Of a stretch of DNA of 29,944 nt, positions 25,707 to 29,944 are shown in pieces (positions within the stretch are counted from its first letter, which is position 1; each line of letters begins with the position of its first letter). The position numbers and the translations under genes are program-made. The stretch comes from a virus (Duplodnaviria > Caudoviricetes). The stretch covers positions 1-29,944 of the IMG/VR virus record IMGVR_UViG_3300020044_005705; one strand, written 5' to 3'. Under the pieces are notes generated by a model that was not told where the DNA came from, did no database searches, and saw only the letters and a list, made by a program, of their open reading frames with translations.

Positions 25707-26189
25707 TCATACGTGCTTCCAGCTCTCTCCCCGCAAGATGGTTCTCATGGTATGCTGACCAACGCCGTACTTTCGGGCCAACGCCCGGATGAAGGCCCCG
25801 TCTGCGTATGCAGCGCGCGCCTCTCGTACCTGTTCTTCTGTCAACTTGCTATTGCGAACTTGACTTCCTACCTTCATTCTCTTCTTTGCGACTTTGTCTG
25901 CCATGTTGTCAGCGATGGTCCCCAAGAACAGGTGCTCGGGGTTGACGCAGCCGGGATTGTCGCATGAGTGGCAGACGACCATCCCGTCAGGGATTGACTC
26001 TCCCTCAAGGTAAAACACGCGGTAGGATGTTCGGTTTGCGCGTTGCTCTCCTCTCCAGTAGCAAAGGCCATAGCCGGTTGGTGAGCGACATCCGGTCCAG
26101 TTCCAGCATCCGCGGTCATCCTTAGCCGACTTTTGCTCTAAAAGCAGTTGAGTAGCTTCAAGTGTGCGAGCGGGGCGACCAGTTCTCAT
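25707..26189 (-). CDS. HNH homing endonuclease with C-terminal HTH
   Basis: [26 protein letters not shown] and KLTEEQV...LARKYGV motifs. Confidence 0.92.
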   Translation of the reverse strand: MRTGRPARTLEATQLLLEQKSAKDDRGCWNWTGCRSPTGYGLCYWRGEQRANRTSYRVFYLEGESIPDGMVVCHSCDNPGCVNPEHLFLGTIADNMADKVAKKRMKVGSQVRNSKLTEEQVREARAAYADGAFIRALARKYGVGQHTMRTILRGESWKHV

Positions 26190-26228
26190 ACTTTCTCCCA
26201 GGTGATACGGATCAGGTAGGAGTATATC

Positions 26229-26480
26229 ATGGTCAGGCGCATCAAGAAAGGAGAAAAATCATATGGAGAGAAAAAGTTTGTGGCGACGGGTACTTATAGG
26301 GGAGAGAAATACACTGTTCGCTTTGGTGACCCAAACATGGAAATTCAGAGGGATAACCCTAAGCGAAGAGCTAACTTCCGTGCCCGCCACAACTGCGATG
26401 ACCCTGGACCTCCAAACAAAGCCCGGTATCATAGCTGCAAAATGTGGAGCAAGAAGCCCGTGAGCGAGATCGCTCGCTAA
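26229..26480 (+). CDS. Small basic phage protein (DUF5754-like)
   Basis: VRFGDPNM....[14 protein letters not shown]...ARY.SC..W motif recalled from a widespread phage family; SD AGGAG. Confidence 0.75.
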   Translation: MVRRIKKGEKSYGEKKFVATGTYRGEKYTVRFGDPNMEIQRDNPKRRANFRARHNCDDPGPPNKARYHSCKMWSKKPVSEIAR

Positions 26481-26498
26481 CCCAAGAGGGAGTTCATC

Positions 26499-26588
26499 AT
26501 GCCAAAAGGTGTAGGTTACGGTTCGAAGCTGACGATGGGTGGCAAGAAGACCAAGCCGAAGGGCAAGGGCACAAAGAAGTCGAAGTGA
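26499..26588 (+). CDS. 29 aa Lys-rich peptide MPKGVGYGSKLTMGGKKTKPKGKGTKKSK
   Basis: SD GAGGGAG, AAG-biased codons; too short for the ORF track. Confidence 0.65.
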   Translation: MPKGVGYGSKLTMGGKKTKPKGKGTKKSK

Positions 26589-26589
26589 G

Positions 26590-26758
26590 TCGGCTTGCGG
26601 CAACATCTTTGCTGCGCTAATCTCATGAGGCTGGAGCGAACTTCGCAGGGGCGCTCCAGTAGGGAGTCTGCGTAGTCTCTTGGCGGGGGCTACGTGGAGC
26701 AGGGCCTCCGAGTACATGGTGTACTCGGGGGTTCTGTCTTTCTGAGCGCGACAAGCGA
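26590..26758 (+). ncRNA. Candidate structured non-coding RNA
   Basis: Four consecutive hairpins (7, 9, 14 and 18 bp) with 11 G-U pairs, plus possible closing helices; no credible ORF. Confidence 0.6.
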
Positions 26759-26800
26759 AGAGCCCCGGCCTTGCGGTCGGGGCTCTCTCTGTTCTGTTGT
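26759..26800 (+). terminator. Intrinsic terminator at the convergence of the two arms
   Basis: AGAGCCCCGGCC-TTGC-GGTCGGGGCTCT followed by a pyrimidine-rich tract. Confidence 0.7.
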
Positions 26801-26815
26801 GGGTACTCGTCTACT

Positions 26816-27022
26816 CTACTTCACCTCTGGAGCAGCTGCAACCCGCTGGACCCACTGCTCAACAGCGTGCATGAGCAGCGTTGAGCAGGCGGTTCCGACG
26901 AAACACGCCGAGAACGCATGGGCCAGAGCTTGATACCAAGGCACGCCGAGTGCGATGAAGACCGCTGAAGCGCCGAACGCGCAGAGCCAGAGGAACACGA
27001 CCACAACGCCGAAGTCTTTCAT
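26816..27022 (-). CDS. 68 aa membrane protein
   Basis: MKDFGVVVVFLWLCAF... with about two TM helices; SD GGAGG and ATGA overlap favour a start at 27022 rather than 27124. Confidence 0.65.
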   Translation of the reverse strand: MKDFGVVVVFLWLCAFGASAVFIALGVPWYQALAHAFSACFVGTACSTLLMHAVEQWVQRVAAAPEVK

Positions 27023-27642
27023 AGCGACACCTCCACCTGAGCAGCGACTGGTGCGGCTACCTTCTTCGGCGCCTTCTTGAGCGGGTAGCGACGCTCTTCG
27101 GGGACGAACTGGAGGGAGCCCCATTCCTCGTGGGCCTCTTCTGCCTTCGCGATGGCATCGGCCAAGTTGGCGAAGTAGCCGAAGTCATAGGTCTTGCGAA
27201 GGTGCTTGCCGTTCTCGTCACGACCTACAGCACGGCAAATCTGCACCTTGTAGCGGACTTCACCATCAACGAGAGGCTTCGCGTAGTACACGCCGCGGTA
27301 GCCTGTCGCACCGTAAGGCCGCTTGTTCATGGAGTTCTCGCTGGGAGTCACCGCACGAAGGTTGCAGGCGCGGTTGTCGGAAGGGTCTCCGTTGATGTGG
27401 TCGATGTAGTTCGCGCCAGGGTCACGTCCGGTGTAGAGCGCGTACAAGATGCGGCTGACCGCGTAAGTCACGCCCTCAATATGGACGTTGCGACGACCGT
27501 TTGTAGCGACGCCACCGGCCTCCAAGCTCTTCTTGCGGTGAGGGTTTGCCGTCCGCCAGTAGAGCTTGCCGGTCTCGGGGTCGGCAGAGAAGAGGTTGCG
27601 GAGGACGGGAAGCGGGGGGAGCTTGCGGATTTCCATAGCCAT
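27019..27642 (-). CDS. HNH endonuclease with AP2-like domain
   Basis: IDHINGDPSDNRACNLR..T.SEN..N, then GYRGVY...YKVQI...FGYF....DA. Confidence 0.9.
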   Translation of the reverse strand: MAMEIRKLPPLPVLRNLFSADPETGKLYWRTANPHRKKSLEAGGVATNGRRNVHIEGVTYAVSRILYALYTGRDPGANYIDHINGDPSDNRACNLRAVTPSENSMNKRPYGATGYRGVYYAKPLVDGEVRYKVQICRAVGRDENGKHLRKTYDFGYFANLADAIAKAEEAHEEWGSLQFVPEERRYPLKKAPKKVAAPVAAQVEVSL

Positions 27643-27670
27643 GAGAGCACCTGTGGTGGTTGATGTTGAT

Positions 27671-28024
27671 TTACAGCGGCAGCTTTACTTGCTGATGGAA
27701 GTGCGAGTTGAGCGCCTTGACGGCGAACTCGAGACCTTCCTTGCCTTGCTCCCAGTCAATCCACTCGGGCCAGCAGGATAGCGAACCTGTCAGCGCGAGC
27801 TTGCCTTCTTCGGTCTTGAACGGGGAGGGGCTGCGCTCTACGGCCATTGGGGAGGTAAGCTCGTACTTCCACCAACTACGACTTTTGCCGTCTGAAATGT
27901 AGAGCGCGGTGACGGTTGCACCGTGAGAGAAGCCCGCAAACGGGCGGAGAACTGCGAAGAACTCCCAGCCCTTTCCATTCTCTTGGAGGGCTCGGGTCAT
28001 CGGATGCTTCGGCGGAGGGGACAT
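27671..28024 (-). CDS. Hypothetical early protein
   Basis: SD AGGA and its own upstream promoter. Confidence 0.7.
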   Translation of the reverse strand: MSPPPKHPMTRALQENGKGWEFFAVLRPFAGFSHGATVTALYISDGKSRSWWKYELTSPMAVERSPSPFKTEEGKLALTGSLSCWPEWIDWEQGKEGLEFAVKALNSHFHQQVKLPL

Positions 28025-28063
28025 TCGCTTTCCTGTGATCCGGGGGTTGCACCGGATGTTGAT

Positions 28064-28092
28064 ACTGTAGCATCACCTTCTGTGTCTGTCTA
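28064..28092 (-). promoter_or_regulatory. Sigma70-type promoter
   Basis: Minus strand TAGACA, 17 bp spacer, (TGC)TACAGT in the intergenic gap. Confidence 0.7.
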
Positions 28093-28122
28093 CAAGTTTC
28101 TGCATCGACGTGCAAAGATTCT

Positions 28123-29565
28123 TCACTCCGGCTGAATCAGTCGGTACCTACGCGCCATTTGCTCACCAGTCGCGACCAGAAGGCCAGCACGTTCGCAGTG
28201 GCCGAAGAAGGCGCGGACTACTTTGGCGCCGATGGAACTCCAGCTCTTGCTTAGACCGATGCACTCAGCGATTTGCTCTTGCGAGAGAGCACCGCCTTTC
28301 GGCGCGTAACAATGCTTTGCGCGAGAGAGGATGCGTGCGAAGGTCCGCTTCGTCGCGATGCCGATGTGCTTACCTTCGGTCTTGCCCTGACCCAGCGCCT
28401 TGAAGATGGCCGACTCCATCTTTGCGGCCGCTTTCTCGAGCGGAATGAGGTCTTTCTCGAGATACTTACCGGCCTCTTTGGTCAGGTACTCTTGGTCCGT
28501 CTTCTTGCTAGAGAAGATGATTTGATCAGCGACCCTCATAATGTCGTTGGACGCCCATCCGACTCGGTGCAAGTTCCAAAGCGCGGCAACGAGCGCATCG
28601 CGGCGCTTGCCGAGCGGTACATGGATGCCGTGCTCAGCGAGGTACAGCGCACCATCCATGCCGGCAGTCAGTTCTGGTACATGCGCGACCCCTTTCATTA
28701 GCCATTCCTCCGCAGTTGCCTTCGCTGCTTTAGTTGAACAATCTCCATCATAGACCACGGCTTCTGTGAGGACGATGGGCGCCTTGCGCTCCCCTCTGGC
28801 TGCCTTGCCCTCGCTTGCGAAGAGGGCAGGGCTCAGCGTCCGTCTGGCGCCGTCTGAGAGGGTGAATGTCGAGCTATGGGTGAGCGCGACTCCGCGGGTG
28901 CCGTAGACGCTGGCAAACGGAAGGCCGGGGAGCGAGTCCTCATGCTTTTCCATGGCGAGCATGAGTTTTCGCAGCTTCTCGTCGGTCATTCCATTGAAGA
29001 ACATCGACGGGATTTCATGCGGCAAGATATGCGCTTGAACAAAGGTTCTGGCCGTAGGGTCCATAGCGACCAAAGACCCGTGATGGACTTCAAGGGCCTT
29101 CTGGAACTCAGTCAGCTTTTGCGAGTAAAAGTCATCCCAGCCTTCGGCCGTGTGCGGGGTAGCGAGAGGGATGACCACACGCCACCGCAGCGCATCTTCT
29201 CTCGACTTCCAAGTGGTGTAGAAAGCGGACTCCCAGCCAAGACCACGAAGCGCAAGCTCGAGGCTCTGCGCGGAGACGTGAACCGTGTCAATGTCGAAGG
29301 TCAGCGCGGTTCTAGCGAGGGCGTCTTTACCAGAGCGACCCTTGGTGCCGGGAGCGAAGATGCACCAAACGGCGTAGGGTGCCTTCTTCTTGTTGCGCGT
29401 GAGGTGGCCCCACTTCTCCCAGCATTTCTGGGCGCTTACTTCTCTGGTAATCGCGTGGTAGAAGCGGTCTTCGTCTCCCCATCGGAAGGAAGTATCCGCC
29501 ATAAAGGTCGTCTCCAGGTTGAGACCAATGGCGGCGTAGACGACTTGATTCGGCACCGAGTTCAT
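28123..29565 (-). CDS. Replication protein: AEP primase-like domain + PriCT-like helix + C-terminal HTH
   Basis: TFDID, YTT....RWRVVIPL and DPTA motifs; GKRRDAL; LSQEQIAECIGLS. Confidence 0.7.
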   Translation of the reverse strand: MNSVPNQVVYAAIGLNLETTFMADTSFRWGDEDRFYHAITREVSAQKCWEKWGHLTRNKKKAPYAVWCIFAPGTKGRSGKDALARTALTFDIDTVHVSAQSLELALRGLGWESAFYTTWKSREDALRWRVVIPLATPHTAEGWDDFYSQKLTEFQKALEVHHGSLVAMDPTARTFVQAHILPHEIPSMFFNGMTDEKLRKLMLAMEKHEDSLPGLPFASVYGTRGVALTHSSTFTLSDGARRTLSPALFASEGKAARGERKAPIVLTEAVVYDGDCSTKAAKATAEEWLMKGVAHVPELTAGMDGALYLAEHGIHVPLGKRRDALVAALWNLHRVGWASNDIMRVADQIIFSSKKTDQEYLTKEAGKYLEKDLIPLEKAAAKMESAIFKALGQGKTEGKHIGIATKRTFARILSRAKHCYAPKGGALSQEQIAECIGLSKSWSSIGAKVVRAFFGHCERAGLLVATGEQMARRYRLIQPE

Positions 29566-29702
29566 GTTAGAGTCCTTGCGTGCTAAGACGCTTGCTTGAG
29601 AGTGAGAGAGCGTTCTAGTGCTGGACTGTGGTGGTCCCTGGCCCCCGGCGCTCTAGCGAAGCAGCCGGGGGTTCGTCTATCTGAGCTTCTCGAAGCTCGA
29701 GA

Positions 29703-29942
29703 CTATAGCTGCTCTGCCTCGTTCTGCGGGCTCTGGGCTGCTGCGGTCAGGAGGGCCAGCTCTGCCTCCACCCGGTAGCGTGCGATGGCGTTGACAGCCC
29801 ACATGGCCTCTGGAGTGCCACTGGAGAGCCACCCCATGACAGCCGAGGTGGTGGCCTGCTGCGAGCGAGCGCCGATGAGCGACTGCACTTTGATGAAGTT
29901 CTTCTTGGCTGCGACGGGGATCTTGATGACGGACGGTTCCAT
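29703..29942 (-). CDS. Small putative DNA-binding protein (ribbon-helix-helix-like)
   Basis: First gene after the strong promoter and SD; SVIKIP strand followed by two helices; 5' part also present at 1-119. Confidence 0.55.
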   Translation of the reverse strand: MEPSVIKIPVAAKKNFIKVQSLIGARSQQATTSAVMGWLSSGTPEAMWAVNAIARYRVEAELALLTAAAQSPQNEAEQL

Positions 29943-29944
29943 GG
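29824..29944. repeat. Terminal direct repeat, right copy
   Basis: Identical to 1-121. Confidence 0.95.

Noticed and set aside
25675-26229. Group I intron carrying the HNH gene
   Set aside because: The insert is almost entirely HNH coding sequence with no room for a ribozyme core, and the downstream gene has its own start, so splicing is unnecessary.
1-29944. CRISPR array, tRNA, reverse transcriptase/DGR, or stop-codon reassignment
   Set aside because: No repeat-spacer pattern, cloverleaf or RT motif was seen; genes tile densely in the standard code and TAA, TAG and TGA are all used as stops.

Overview
The window is an apparently complete ~29.8 kb GC-rich tailed phage genome. Bases 1-121 repeat exactly at 29824-29944, giving a circular unit of 29,823 bp. 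Gene order suggests a podovirus; the host cannot be determined from the sequence. A long + strand late arm (781-26588) encodes a Zn-ribbon/TerS-like protein, a sigma-70-like protein lacking region 4, TerL, portal, scaffold, major capsid, decoration protein, adaptor, nozzle, three possibly paralogous tail proteins, three ejection proteins, two duplicated Ig-like protein + small partner cassettes, a stand-alone WYL protein and small basic or membrane proteins. A short - strand early arm, with sigma70-like promoters, encodes an RHH-like protein, an AEP-primase-type Rep, an HNH-AP2 endonuclease and two small proteins. I recognised no integrase, DNA polymerase, helicase, endolysin, tRNA or CRISPR array. 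Main observations: (1) the sigma4-less sigma factor together with a recurring GGT-TAnnnT motif without a -35 box at late module starts; (2) a ~200 nt multi-hairpin, G-U-rich candidate ncRNA at the end of the late arm; (3) an HNH gene inserted into a gene's 5' end, with a synonymously recoded replacement copy; (4) two cassettes sharing an MPIVPVFGGGGGS N-terminus and paralogous partners. All calls come from reading motifs and gene order by eye; no database searches were run.
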